A DNA stretch of 64,000 nucleotides, from contig OX597822.1 of the NCBI GenBank assembly GCA_951406725.2, positions 60,202,001 through 60,266,000 on the forward strand, read 5' to 3'. The translations under genes were made by a program, and so were the position numbers. The notes beneath the pieces are model-generated. The model did not search any database, had not been told where the DNA came from, and saw nothing but the letters and a program-made list of their open reading frames with translations. Below, in pieces: positions 13,856-29,400 of this stretch (its first letter is position 1; each line of letters starts with the position of its first letter). The stretch comes from Octopus vulgaris. Taxonomy: Eukaryota.

Positions 13856-16800
13856 CATACATACATGTGTGTGTAGAACTGCTATGTTTGATGTCAGTAA
13901 TTGTAATTTTGTTTTGATTGTAGGTAACTGATGTGTTAGATGAAGCAATGATGCCCATGGCTGAAGTGGTAAGTTTTCTCTCCTCATCTTCATTAGTAAT
14001 TCTGTATTAAGCTTTCCACATACTCCACCAGTTGTTTCATTACATTAACTTATTGGTCTAATCTACTTTTGAGACATTTTTGTTTTTATATTTGTAATGT
14101 TGTTATGATGGTGGCAACTGGCTGAACTAATTAGCATATTGAATTGATTGTTCTATGGTCCATATATCCATGGTCAAGGTAAATATCATTTCAATAGCTT
14201 TGTCTGTCAAGCTGTATAAGATGCCATGGGTTAATTTAGCTCTCAGACAAAGATCTAACTGGTACCTGCATCTTTATATATGTACTTAAAAAAAAACAAT
14301 TAAAAGTGCATTACAAAAATATGATATAAAAGACAGAAGCAAAAACATAAATATTTTTTGCATTGAATATTTCTAATCTTAAATTATCTCATTATTTTGT
14401 ATCTTTTACAATACAAACATAATATTATATTACGAAGCATTCAAATGGTCATGTTTTGATTGACCAAAATTAGGTTAGTGTACTTGATAATCTCCCTTCA
14501 CCTGCACTCTTTTCAGTGTGTGTAATACCAGTACTCAAGCATATACTAGATTTACTTTGTTACATTCAATAACGTTTCTATCATTCCTTTGAATATTATA
14601 ATGAATCATTACTGATAGACTAGCATAGATCTATGAAAATGTTCCCTATACCAGAGTAGGAAATATCTACAAAATTTTTCCTGTAGCGAAAGCTATAATT
14701 TCAATGTGTGAGGTTTTTGAGTACTGAAAAATATGTGTTTGCAAAATAACCAGTATTACGTAGTATTCTCTCATGCTATTAATGTGGCAAGCAGACAGAA
14801 TTGTTAGCATGGTGAACAAAATGCTTAGTGGCGTTTCATAAATCTTTGTCACAGTCAACTTTGTCTTTCATCCTTTCAGTGTTGAAAAAATAAGCACCAG
14901 TTGAGCAACTGAGGTTAATGTAATCGACTAGTCCTCTCCCCCAAGATTTCAGACCTTGTGCTTATCTTAAAAAGAATTCTATTAAGGCAGTGAGATGGCA
15001 GAATTCTTTACCTGCCAGACAAATATTTAACAATATTTCTTCTATAAGCAGTGGGAACACTTTGTAATGATGAGCGTTCTTTTGATTTGCAGTGCTGCAG
15101 TCATGTAATATATTGAATATAACTATATATCAATGCCGTGATGTTGTATTATTTTTCGTCATCAGCACTTATGCCATTTAGTTTTGGTATCTGTTGACAA
15201 TTTAAAATCTGAGCAAAAAAAAAATTGAGCTGGCAGAAACGTTAGCACGCCAGGCGAAATGCGTAGCCGTATTTCGTCTGCCATTATGTTCTGAGTTCAA
15301 ATTCCGCCGAGGTTGACTTTGCCTTTCATCCTTTCGGGGTCGATAAATTAAGTACCAGTTTCGCACTGGGGTCAATGTAATCGACTTAATCCGCTTGTCT
15401 GTCCTTGTTTGTCCCCTCTGTGTTTAGCCCCTTGTGGGTAGTAAAGAAATATATTGAATATAACTTGGAGAAGCTCTTTTCCTGAATTTAGTTTGTCATA
15501 GCACCCACTCATGGATGTATCTGATAAGATAAAGTTTAGTAAATGACTCTCTTTCTCTATATATGTTTTCTATTCTCAGATGATTCTTCTGTTGTGCTTT
15601 TGGGATAACATTCAGTTCTACTTATGTCACTGTTCTACACTTACGAGTTCAGTATCCAATTCATAGTTAACTGTTGAACAATGAGGCAAAGCCATCCAAC
15701 TGGTAAAACAATTTCCTCAGATACTAGTCTGGAGAAACATTTAAAATCCAGTATCAGAAGTACTGTGGTTTTATGTTATTTTCTTAAATAATATAATCTC
15801 TCTCTATATAAACGGCAGTTTGTCTGTGTGTCTGTTAGGTTGTACCCTCACCCTGACCATGGCTTTCAACCGATTCTGATGAAACTTGACACACACATAA
15901 GCCCAATGTCATAATTCAAAACTAATGCAGCGAAAATTTTGAAAAGTTCCCCCAGTTCTGAAAAAGATCGATAAATTCGACATGGGGTCGACAATTAGAA
16001 ACACAAACCACAGATGGTCTAGGGGACGCAACTCGACCTTTTTAACTCTCAAAAAAATTTACCATAATTTTTTTCCTATTTTTTTGCTATCTTTTGGCTA
16101 TAACTCTCTAAAAATGCTTTATAGTTATTTCCCTTACAAACCCGAGCAACGCCGGGCGATACTGCTAGTAAACTATAGATATTGATATTGGTTGAGATGT
16201 TTGGCACTTCCTCCTGAGATTGTTTTCTGGAGCCATGTAAAAAGCACTGGTGCTGGTGCCACACAAAAAGCATTGGTAATGATGCCATGTAAAAAGCACT
16301 CATTAAGCAGTTGTCAATGATATGTGTTAATAATTAATAAGTAAAGGCGACAAGCTGGCAGAATTGTGAGCATGCTGGACAAAATGCTTTGCGGCATTCC
16401 ATCCATCTTTATGTCCTAAGTTCAAATTCCGCTGAGGTTGATTTTGCCTTTCATCCTTTTGGGGCTGATAAAATTATTATCAGTTGAACACTGGGTCAGA
16501 ATGTAATTAACTTACCCCCACTCCTGAATTTGCTAGCCTTGTACCACAATTTAAAACCTATAATTGTATTTTATTTATTTATGTGCCCTTTTCAAGCCTA
16601 GCCAGGCTCATGGGCCCGGTTTCCTGGTTTCTGTGGCGTATGTTTTCCCCCCAGCTGGACCGGATGCCAGTCCATCGCAGTGTTACTCAAGAAACAGGAA
16701 AAGAGAGTAAGAGAGGGTTGGGGCAAAAAAGTACAGCAGAAGTTTCCACCACCCCCTGCCGGAGCCTCATCGAGCTTTAGGTGTTTTCGCTCAGTAAACA

Positions 16801-19800
16801 CTCACAATGCCCTGTCTGGAAATTGAAACCGTTATCCTCCAACCATGAGTCTGCTGCCCTAACCACTGGGCCATTGCGCCTCCACAAAACCTATAATTAA
16901 TAAGTATATTTTGAATTTCTAAGAACAATTTGAAACCTTATTAATTCACCTTCTTTGTAAATCTTTCAATTCTAATTTCACTTAGATAATATTTTAAAGA
17001 AATATTTCTCCCTGTACTAATATTTTTTTATTTGTATTTACAGTCTAATGGTACTACATCTGAAGCAGGAATAGAGATGTTAGATGTTAACAACCAAGTA
17101 AGAATTCTTTCAATATGGCTTTGTCAGTTTCTAAGAATATTTTATATTACATGTAGTAGGTTCTGTGTTTGAGAATGGTAATTTTTACTAATATTGCTTG
17201 TAAGAAATGTTGTTATGTATATATTTGAATCAGTTCACGAGTGCAAGCTATGGCAATGTGAAGTAAATGAATGTTAAAACATCCATTATACTGAATAGTG
17301 GTATTGATCATCACTCTACCTTGTTGCTACCATGTGTCTATTACTTCCTCATGTGTGTATTAATTGCGTTGTATGTGTATTAATGTATCTATTACTTACC
17401 ATATATATATTAGTTCTCATGAAGTCATAATTAAGGTTGCATGGGATAGAGATGAGCCAAGGTTCAATCTGAAATTGTTGAACATCATAATCATGTCAGA
17501 GGACTGTGAAGAATAAAATTATCTTATACTGCAAATCCATCCAGTCCACACTAACCTCAAATAAACTGGATGTTGGTTTTTGAGTTTAGTGTGATGATGA
17601 GGTTTGTCTAATTATATACAGTAATTGATTTTAATTTATTATAAAACAAGCTGTCATAAACTAGTCTAAATTCATACAGTCAACACTTTTATCTGGTTTT
17701 TCTGGTATTAAATAAGTGACAAATTCCTTTTTGGATAACACGCTAGTTTATTGCAAGGCAACTTTTCCGAATAAACTTGTTTCTCATTTCTAATAATGTA
17801 ATGTAGAATTAAGTGTACTATTGAAAGATGAGAGACTACATGTGAACAGTCAGTAAGAATTCACAATATTAAATGGTAATTTGATATCTGTTCAGCTACT
17901 GTCTTCACTCGATCTCATTATAACATTTTTTTTGTTGACTGGAAAAGTTTTTGTAGGTATTGCTTCACATTTATGATAATTTTATGTTGCCTCTGTAAAC
18001 TATCAGATTTCCAGTTGGTTCAATGTGTAGAGGATTCATTCTCTTTGTTTTCTTACATTTTAGCTGCCAAAGTATGTACAATGCCCTGCCTAAAGCTTTG
18101 CTAATGTCTCACTACAAACAACAATAGCTATTTTTAACATTCTAATTTTAAGTGACTTACTGCAGTATTTGTTGATAAGAGTCAAATTACAAAAAGAAAT
18201 TATAAATTAATAAAAATAAAAGTAGTGTGAAGCAAAATACTTAGTAACTTAGTTGGCTGACCTTCAAGAAAGCATGTATAAGGTCACTCATGCAAGAAAT
18301 AACAGCTGAATCACTCTCATATCACATGCTACTATCTTAAAAAAATGAAATGACACAGACATTGTGGTCAAAGGTATAAATGAAAAAAATAAATAGAATC
18401 ACGACTGGAATATCTTTGATGAATGGTTTACTTAATCAATGCAGGTCTAAGTTTAAAATGACAACAGCCACCTGACACTGTAGATGGAAATTGTTCTGCT
18501 GTGACTTCGAAGAAGTTGGCTAAACCTGCAAAGCAAACAGAAAGGAAAATCATTTAGAGTCTTTTATTTTTATCATCATTTTTGATTGAAATATTACTTT
18601 GTTTTTTCTATAGCGAAATGAGTTGTATAAATCTGCAGCACATCACCTTATTCAGAGATGTAGCCTTTTAAGGCTTAATATAGTCTTGATTTTAAGCTAG
18701 AAGATAGACACTTAGTTCATTGTCATAAAGTTCAAGTGAACATGTAGTTTAGAATTAACTTAACTCTGTTGTCTGTATTGAATTATCCATCAGTATAAAT
18801 TCCATTGTTATTCTTAGATAAGCTTCGAAATAATAATAATAATAATATTTTAACATTCATTTAGTTTATTATGTTAGAATAGCAGTAATTCAAGAGTTCA
18901 CTATAGAACAGAACTCTTGAATCAGTTCTTCAAATAATATCTTTTAGCAGATTTTATTTGAGAATATGATAAACATTTCAGTTCAAGTTTATTACTAAAA
19001 GTAAAGGTTTGTTATATTACTTTATATATGAATTGCAGACAAATGGAACAACTGAAAAGGTAGAACCAACAGTTGACAAGGTGAGATTAATTATTCAAGA
19101 TTTATAATGCAAAATGTAGAAAAGATATCTTAGACTGTTTTATATATATATACATATATATATATATGTATATATGTTTTATATATATGTATATATGTTT
19201 AATATATATATATATATGTATATATATGTTTTATATATATATATATATATATCCGGGGTGTTCCAAGTTTTGAGCCCAACATATAGTGCTGCCCGACTGG
19301 CTCCTGTGCTAGTGGCATGTAAAAAGCACCATTCGAGCATGGGCGTTGTCAATGTCACCTGACTGTCCCTGTGCCGGTGGCATGTAAAGAGCACCCACTA
19401 CACTCTCAGAGTGGTTGGCGTTAGGAAGAACATCCAGCTGTAGAAAGCTCGCCAGATCAGATTGGAGCCTGGTGTAACCTCCTGGCTTGCTGGTCCTCAG
19501 TCAGACCATTCAACCCATGCCAGCATGGAAAGCGGACATTAAACAACAACGACTATGATGATGATACCTAATGACATGACAGCACAAAAAGAGTACTTTT
19601 ATTTTATAAGAAATACTTCTATTTTTTAATGAAGTCATTGTTACCTTTGTTGTACTTTTTATATTGCATGTGTAGCTGCTCAATACAATTTAAGTAGAAG
19701 TGTTCTAGAAGTCCTTATAGATCTCTCTAATGTTTATTCCATGATAAAATGCACCCAGTACACTCTATAAAATATTGGGTCATCCCATAAATAATGTGGG

Positions 19801-22780
19801 TTTTTTTTCAATTGCATGAACTAAAAGTTGGAGCGGGATGGGATAAACTATCTGCATCAACTTGCTATAAAAGCAGGTAGTAATTTTACCTTGTCCTTAT
19901 TGTTAGTGCAGTTTCGATTTTAACAGTTATTTTTTCAAAGCTATAATGGAAGTGACAAAGGGGTATATTTGGCATATTTTGCTTTATGAGTTGAATAAAG
20001 GCAACAATGCAACAGAAAGTACCAGGAATATTAATGCAGTGTATGGGGATCAGACAATAAGCCAGTGTTAACGGTGGTTCCAGAAATTCTTAGCTTGAAA
20101 TTGCTGCCTAGAACACAAGTCTCATTCTGGAAGATCTGTAGAGCTCAACAAGGACGTCCTGCAAACCCTGGTGGAACAAAATCCTATCGTAACTTTTGAG
20201 GAACTAGCAGAGAAGCTTAGATTTGGTCATTCAACCATTCATCAACACCCACAGACCATCGGACAGATCAGCAAATTGGATCAATGGGTTCCTCTCAAAC
20301 TTTCACGTGCAGAGAGTGAATGTGCGTTCTCTTTTGCTGTCATGTCTTATGACTGAACCTTTTTTGGACTGGATAGTGACAGGTGATGAGAAATGGGTTT
20401 TCTATAAAAATGTCAAGTGTCAGAGACAGTTGGTAGGGAAAAGAGAAACACCAGCATCCCAGGCTAAAGAACGTCTTCACCCACATAAGGCTAATAATGT
20501 CTTGAGTATTTGTAAAAGTTATAATCATTATAATAATAATAATGATGAAATTATTGTATACAGTGCTCAGGTGCACCACAACTTGTCAAAAAGTACATAT
20601 AAAGCATATGCAGTAATGTACAAATGTCTGGAAAGTAAACAGTGTATGAGTATAACTGAATGTTTAGAAATATTTAATAGTGATGCACCATAGTGTTATA
20701 TTTCATTTTCTTATGTCTTAATATACAGTAAATGAACAACATGCATATTTATTTGTAGCCATGAACTATAAACAGCAAGTCTGATCGCGAGAATACTAAG
20801 GTTTATAAATCTTTAAATTAAAATAAGAGAGTTACTGCCCTTGATTTCGAAGCATGAAATTTGTAGTTTTGCGTATACTTATCCAGTTTTAAGACGTTAA
20901 GATTATGTTTGAAGAAGTTTGTTACTATTTCTCGCAATTTAGGTAACCATATAGAGGTTGCCTTGTAAATATATATCATATATAAATATATAATAAGATT
21001 GGCAGCTGCAGCAATAGCATCAGTGTGCTGGACTGCACAGCACCAGTAAGTGATGAGAAGTACTGTAAATCGTCGAGTATAATCCGCACCTTTTTCCTAA
21101 AATTTAAAGGTCAAAATTATACACAAGGTTTAGGTTTTTCAAAGGTACAGCCCCCTAAAAATCCCCTGCATATTATACTCAAGGGCGGTCTATACTCGAG
21201 GATTTATGGTAGTTGTTTCTTTTGAATTGAATTCAGTAGATTATCCTTGTTGTGGGCACCACCTTAATTTACAAACATATAGAGTCAAACAGGACAAGAA
21301 TGCAACACTGCATCCCATGGCATATCTGGAGCTATCAGTCCTAAGATTGCACCTAGTGGTTCAGTTGACTACTTACATTGGTCTATTTGGTCATGCTATA
21401 TAGCAACTGTTTTGAGCTTAATTATGTTGCTAAGAAGGAGGGTTAGTGGTTGTCATGACCTCTACAAGCCATAGTCTAGACTGGTGACGGTGTTGTGGTT
21501 GGTTTTCAGTTTGAATATCTGCCTGTCAATATTTGCAGAAATAGTGTTCCAGACGGTTGCAGCTGTGAGGCAGGAGGATTGAACAAAGTGTTTTATGTGG
21601 GATTTGGAAAAAGAAATATTGCAGGAGTATTGGAATACAGACAGGTATCTCCTGTAGGCCAGAGTAAAGAGAGTGATTCAGAGATGCCTCACACAGGTAC
21701 ATCTGGGTAGATATTGATGATTCTTGCTGGATGCAAAGTGGTGATAGATAACGGGTGTATATGTGACTACTTGTTAATTAGAGAAGGCATAGGCGTAGCT
21801 GTGTGGTTAAGAAGCTTGCTTCACAGTCATGTGGTATTCCGTCTACCAAATCCACTCACAAGGCTTTGGTTGACCTGAGGCTATAGTGGAAGACACATGC
21901 CCAAGGTGCCACGCAGTGGGACTGAACCCAGAACCATGTGGTTCATAAGCAAGCTACTTACCACACAGCCACTCCTGTGCCTATGTAGAAATATGTATTC
22001 GTTATGATTTATAATCCATGAAATCCAAAATTCGACCAAAAATGTCAATTAAAAAAAATTTTCAATTGCATTGCAAAGCCTGAAAAAGTAGTTAACCACA
22101 AAATTCTTTACACACCTTTGTTTTAACCCTAATTCACAACAAAATATCAATTCTTGGTTACCAATTTCAAAAGTTGCATTTTTCGCTCCACCTTAATATA
22201 TATGTGTTTATATGTGTAGCCTTGTCTTGACATCACATAGTGGTTACAAACAAACATTATTATCATATAAGCCATGCTGTTTGTTTATTTTGTGAAAAGC
22301 ATGTCTAACCATGGGGAGATATTACCTCACCTAGAAACACGTGAGGATTGACAACAGGAAGGGCAGCTAGCTGTAGAAAATCTACATCAACAAAATTCTG
22401 TCTGATCCATTCAAGCATGGAAAAGTAAATGTTAAACAATGATGATGATGTTGCTTAAGGCATTAATTTTTTACTTTAATTTTATATGTATCAATATATA
22501 TTCATACAACACCTATTAGATTTTTTTTTGTCTACTTAATAATTTGAGTATAATTTCAACTGTTATAATATTGTTTCATAGACCACAGAGATCAATAAGA
22601 TTGTAGCAAATGCTGAAACTTTCCTCAAGGCACAACAGTTAGCTGTAGAAATAGCTGCCAATTTATGTTCTGAAGGTAAGTTTTGGGGGTTTTCTTACGA
22701 TTCATACACTTACAATGTGATGTTTTTTCTCTTTGGTTGAACAAAAGAACAAATTTTGAACAGAACAGATTTAAAAGTAG

Positions 22781-22820
<40 letters not shown>

Positions 22821-25800
22821 TGTGTACAGTGCTCAGGTGCACTACAACTCATCTAAAGTGTATATATAATCAGGTGTAGTTTCGGCGGATTTCGGAAAGC
22901 ATGAGGGCCTTAAAGGATGCAGTGTCATGGCAGTCAACAACTGACGCAGGCAGTTTATTCCATGCTTCAGCAACTCTGAGCGTGAAAAAATGTTTCCGAA
23001 AGTCATGGGAGCTGTGTTGTTTTCTGACTTTGTAGGCATGTCCACGTGTGTTAGACACATGGAGATCAAAAAGGTGTTCAGTGTTGTTGTTGGTGAGGTG
23101 GTTGATAACCTTGTGGGTGTTTACCAAGTCCGTCGCCAGACGCCGAAGCTTCAGTGAATCCATGCCCAGGGAAACAAAGCGCTCAGAATATGGTAGGTGT
23201 CTGATGGAGGGTATGCGTTTGGTTGCACGTCTCTGGACAGATTCCAGGAGGTCAATGTTCTGAGCAAGATAGGGATTCCAAACTGATGATGCGAATTCCA
23301 AGTGTGGTCGTACCATAGCTGTATACAGTTTTAAATAGATGGCTGGAGAGCGGCTAACAAAAGTCTTGCTGAGTGATGCCAAGACACCCTCGGCCTTCTT
23401 GACAATTTTAGAGATATGCTTTGTCCAACGCAGATCACTGCTGACAGTGATGCCTAGGTCACGCTCGCAAGAGGATTTCTTGATATCAGTGTTGTGGAGG
23501 GAGTATGTGGACGCAGGGTTTTTTCTCCCAAAATGCATGGTGGTACACTTGTCCACAGCCAGTTTCAGTTGCCAGTCTGTGATCCATTGCTGCATTGTGT
23601 CTAGGTCTGATTGCAGGAAAGAGTTGTAGACATCAGGATCAGTCCTCTTGATTTCAAGGTACAGCTTGATGTCGTCTGCATATTTCAATACTGTGGCATT
23701 CTTTAAATTGGCATCTATGTCATTAATGTATGCCACAAACAGGAGGGGACCAAGGACAGATCCCTGTGGTACACCCGATGACATCTCATATGGTGTAGAA
23801 TTCTGTCCTAGAACTGTGACTACCTCCTTTCGGCTGAGGATGAAGGATTTCAACCAGTTAAAAAGGTCATCCTAGATGTTGAAAACAAATCAATTTCTTT
23901 TAAAATCTATATTTCTATTTGAAAAGATGACTTCATAAAAAATTGATGAGTGTAAGATCGTTTAATTTTAAAATTGGATCTTTTCTGTTACTAATTATTT
24001 GATTTTTGAGTGAGTAGGTTTGATAAATGTATTTGCCAGACAAGGTAACTGAGGCAAGCAGGTTTGTGTTACATCTGCGACCATGCAAAGGTACCAGCTT
24101 CAAGTGTTTAGTTGATTGCACCAACCCTAGTACATATTTCAGTTTGAACCTTATTTTACCAATCTGTTTGCTGAATGACTGAGTTTTACCTGATTTTTTA
24201 ACATTATTAAAGTACACACATACAGAATATACTGGGTACTTTTCATGCAACTCTAAGGAGCCCCTATAACCGAAGTAGAATAGGAGCAAGAGCACAGGTA
24301 TTCTAAGCAGAGTTACAATAAACTTATTTTAAAACTTACACTGTGAAAATGACTGTATTCTTGATTTAATCCTTTAGTGTTTGCATTATTCTGCCAAAAT
24401 TAATGCTTTTTTATCCACATTGTTTTGAAGTAATCATGCATTATCTTGTAGCTATGAGATTTTGATGAGGTAGCTGTTAATTTTTAAAACGATATTGTAG
24501 GGTTGGTGTGAGAGACCAGATCTGGCCAGTATGAACATAAAACAGGCAGAATACTTTTGGCCAGATCTGACCAGTTTAAATGCTGAAGGGTTAAAGGTCA
24601 ATTGAACTTTTCTCTCTTCACAGTACAGGAGATACATTATACTTTGTATTAATCGAAAACAATGTTAGAGGCTAAAGGAGTGGCTGTGTGGTAAGTAGCT
24701 TGCTTACGAACCACATGGTTCCGGGTTCGGTTCCACTGCGTGGCACCTTGGGCAAGTGTCTTCTACTATAGCCTCGGGTCGACCAAAGCCTTGTGAGTGG
24801 ATTTGGTAGACGGAAACTGAAAGAAACCCGTCATATATATATATATATATGTGTGTGTGTGTATATGTTTGTGTGTCTGTGTTTGTCCCCCAACATCGCT
24901 TGACAACTGATGCTGGTGTGTTTACGTCCCCGTAACTTAGCAGTTTGGCAAAAGAGACCGATAGAATAAGTACTAGGCTTACAAAGAATAAGTCCTGGGG
25001 TCGATTTGCTTAACTAAAAAGGCGGTGCTCCAGCATGGCCGCAGTCACATGACTGAAACAAGTAAAAGAGTAAATTATATTAGTTATCAGACTTTCATGT
25101 TGTTCATTCTACAGTGTGTGTGTGTATTGATCGTTCTTTCTGTTTATTCAGTACATATATAAACCTTGGTTTTCACACTTCACAATAGGCCGTTAAGAAA
25201 AATGTTTAATGATTTTTGCCATTCCAGATGATGATTATGAAGTAGGTAGTGAAGAATCAATGTCATCTGATGAAGTTGTTTGTGATGTTGATATGGAAAC
25301 TAATGAATCTAGTTCTGTATTGGTAAGTTATCCTTTATATTGCTGCCCAAGTAAGTACACCTTTTTTAAACTTCCAATGCCGGTGTTTTCACAATCACAT
25401 TACACTCCACCCTGATACCACCTCAACTTACTCAGTTGCTATATTCTTTAAATTTAAATATACCCCTATCCAAAGTGTACAGAATTAGCTCTTATCTCCA
25501 CCAATGTCTAATTATACTAGTCAATCCGTTTTTGATAGGAACCCTTTTGGAATCCCCAAGAAGGCAAACCTTTTTGATCATAATAAAAAACTCCTTATCT
25601 CTAACACCTCCAACGTTCAACGGTTGATTGTTGATGATGAGTAATAAAAGAAGTCATCTACTGCATTATCTTTAGTCTTTGTTAACGAACATTAATATGA
25701 CTTGCAAACAGTCACATCAACCATTCTAATTTTCTATATAAATAATCTTTATCCTTACTACAGTTCTATAAAATCCATAGTGTTGTAGTGAATATTGTCA

Positions 25801-26367
25801 AATAACTTGCCATAACAGCATAAATGATAGTAAACCCCATAGGATTAAACAGATACAGTAATACCTCACTGAGCATGCAGTACTATATCTACTTAGAATC
25901 CATCTACCCCCTTGAAGACAATAACCTCATAAAAACCAAGTTTTTTTTTCTTGTTGCCATCTCTTCATCAGTCAAGCATTTGTTTTGAATCTTTTCCCAA
26001 TTTTGCTATGATTATCACTATTCACTTCAAATAGCTAGTGAATGCACAGTGGTGTACATATATAGTGGATGGTGTAACCAAGCTATAGTAGAAGAAGAGA
26101 TGGACCAATTGGGTCTGTTGGTGGAGTTGTCATACTAAACTGCAGAGATGTAGATGTGAGAATATCTAAATGTAAAGAGTAAAGCATACCTAGTGGTATT
26201 TCTTCTAACTCATTACATTCTGAGTTCAAATTCTGCAGGGGTCAACTTTGCTTTATATCCCTTTGGTGGTTGCTAAAATACAGTACCAATCAAGTACTAG
26301 GACAAATGTAATGAATCACCCCGCTTCCCTCTAAAAAATTGCTCACTTTATGCCAAAATTTGAGACA

Positions 26368-26402
<35 letters not shown>

Positions 26403-29400
26403 GAAGAAACTATTTGCTCATTGTAACAAAGAATAGATGCAGCATGCATCTTTTTTATTGGGTACACATACTAAACTATGTACAAGTAACACTACTGTGG
26501 ACTTCACCAGTAATGTTGGAGAACTAAATAAGAGAAGTGAGATAGGAATCCCCTGCTACTAATACTGTGAGTGGTGGCTTCATTAATAAACAAGGGTAGT
26601 GGTGATGACTGAAGGAAAAAATGCATGTACAAGGGGGTACCCCCAAAAAACTGGAATTTCACAATATTATTTTATTGACTTAGTTTTACATGCTTACACT
26701 TTTATCGCTTTCAAAGTATTCTCTATTTGAAGCAATGCATCAGTCCAGACATGTTTTCCACTCTTCAAAGCAGTGCTGGAACTCTTGTGAACTGCTACCT
26801 TTTAATGCCTCCGTCGTTTTTTTCTTCACCTTTTCCACATCTGCAAATTCTGTAGCACCAGCTTTCATCACCAGTGATGACCTTTGAAAAAAGGTCCAGA
26901 TCAACTTCCAACTGTTTTTTCAGTTCACGATATGCATTCAGTCATGACTGCTTTTGATACTCCATAAGCAAGCAAGGCACAAATTTTATTGCAATTCTTT
27001 TCATTCCCAATTCCTCACTCAAATTTCGTTGGCAGGAGCTCCAGGACACATCAGTCATATCAACAAGTTGGCCAGTTGGTTGGTGATGTTCGCTCTGAAC
27101 GAGTTTGGTTTTCAAGTGAGAAGTGACAATTCCTAAAGCATGAAAACCACTTGTAGACTTGTGTTTTGCTCATGGCAGCGTCCTTGTAAGTTGTTTTAAG
27201 CATGGCAACTGTTTCAGCCATCGTTTTCCCCAGCAGAAAACAGAATTTCATGTTCCTTCATTTCAGCCATCGCAAAAATTGACAAACAGGGGAGAAGTAC
27301 TGCAAAGCAAAGATACATCACATGGCAGTACAACTTCACTGAATAACACTGGTCGGCAGACTGATGCCTGAGGGTTGCATCAAATGGCTTCTAGTGGCAG
27401 AAGCCTGATCTGCAATGGGCTTGTCCCACAGAGAACGTTTCGGGTTACTTTTGGGTACCTCCTCATATTTCAGCAATGTTTAATTATTTGTTAATATGCA
27501 AAATGGTACTTACACAAGAAATATATAATCTTGAAAGTTGATTTATCATTTACATACAGCTAAAAACTGTTTTTCAAGACATTTCTTGTTAACTGTATTT
27601 CATTATTTCTACGTAACTTCTACTTTCACTTTCATTCATTTTTAAACATTGAAGTTGTTTTATTGTTGTAATTAAACTTGAATGCATTTCTCATTTCTGT
27701 CTTTATCTAGTCTCCTTGTTGTCTTCCATCTGAACTGCATCATTGTTTTGTGAAATTTGATATTCTCAATCATGTAAGTAATGAGTCATCAGTTTCCTTC
27801 TTATATTTATTTCCTCCTTCTCCACTTTCTACTACTACTACTGCTACTGCTGCTGTATGTGTGTGTGTGTACATGTAAATATATGTGTCTGTGTGTCTCT
27901 GTCCCCTACCACTGCATGACAACCAATGTTGGTGTGTTTACATCTCATTAATTTAGCAGTTCAGCAAAAGAGACCGATAGAATAAGTACCAGACTTTAAA
28001 AAATAAGCCCTGGGGTTGATTCATTCAACTAAGGATTCCTCAAGGGGTGCCCCAGTATGGCTGCAGTCTGATGACTGAAATAAGTAAAAGATAAAAGATA
28101 TGGAGTTTCAAGAATGTACAAATAATTGAAGTAGCTGTTTAGCTTGTTTGAACCCTAAAGTGAAACTGAAAATAGAGAAATAATAATCTCAATGAAATAT
28201 GGTTTTTCTTTTATTAGATTGATAATATCTTTTTGAAACTAGGTTCTAAAGAAAGTCGAATGTCCTCCATTGTCAACCAGTTGCCCTTTGAATACACCAA
28301 ACAAAAGGATTGCCAAATGGTTTGTATATTTTATTATTATTATAGTTATTAAGGTAGCCAACTATCAGCATCATTACCATGCTGGACAAAATGCTTAGTA
28401 GTATTTCTGTTGACTCTTTATGTTCTGAGTTCAAATGCTGCTGAGGTTGGTTTTACCTTTTGGTTTTCTGGGGTTAATAAAATAAGTGTCAGTTGAGCGT
28501 TGGGGTTGATGTAATCAACTACCCCCTCCACCAAAATTTCAGGCTTTGTATCTATAGTAGAAAACATTTTTTATTGTTATTATTCATTTCAGTGATGATG
28601 ACAAATCTGTTGTCTTTTGTAGAAGTTTTTGCCTGCTTCTTAGGACTAACCAGCACTTGACTGCCATTGGCACAAATTCCCTTTCCACATCAGTCGCTGA
28701 AGGTTTCATTTGCATAGAAACAATTTAGAAATCATAAACATTCATCTTCGGCGGCGGCGGCATCATCATCATCATCAAGGTGGCAAGCTGGTAGAATCGT
28801 TAGTATGCTGGGCATTTCTTCTGTCTCCATGTTCTGAGTTCAAATTCCACCAAGGTCAATTTGAACTTTGCCTTTCATCCTTTCGGGATCAATAAATTAA
28901 GTACCAGTGAAACACTGGGGTTGATGTAATTGCCAAGCTCCTTCTCCCAAAATTTCAGGCCTTGTGCTTTTAGTAAAAAGGATGATGATTATTATTATTA
29001 TTATTATTGAGTGAGGGAGCAGTTCATGCCATCAAAGTGACACTGGGGTAAAATATATGAAGCCCAATATACCCATCATGACTACCCGTCTGATAAGGGT
29101 ACACCAGGCACATGCATCACAACCATATGTGCGCGATATGGTGATCTCATATCAAGATAAACAGCACATGACCTTGCAGGTGGGGCCCAGTTAGAATTTT
29201 CTTCAGGTTGAGTAGCCCATCCGCTCAAAAGGTCCCTGAATAAGGGTTGTTTAAGGATGTTGAAAGAACCACCTATGTTTCCAGAGGTGAATTATTCAAA
29301 CCCCAAAGAATCCCTCTCAACACATGGCTATGATGCTCCCCTACTACTTCTGCTCGTGATCAGAGATGCACATATCGTCAGCCACTAAGGGACATGCTCA

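Noticed and set aside
20171-20693. SETMAR-like host gene
   Set aside because: There is no SET domain. It is a frameshifted mariner transposase truncated by a LINE tail.
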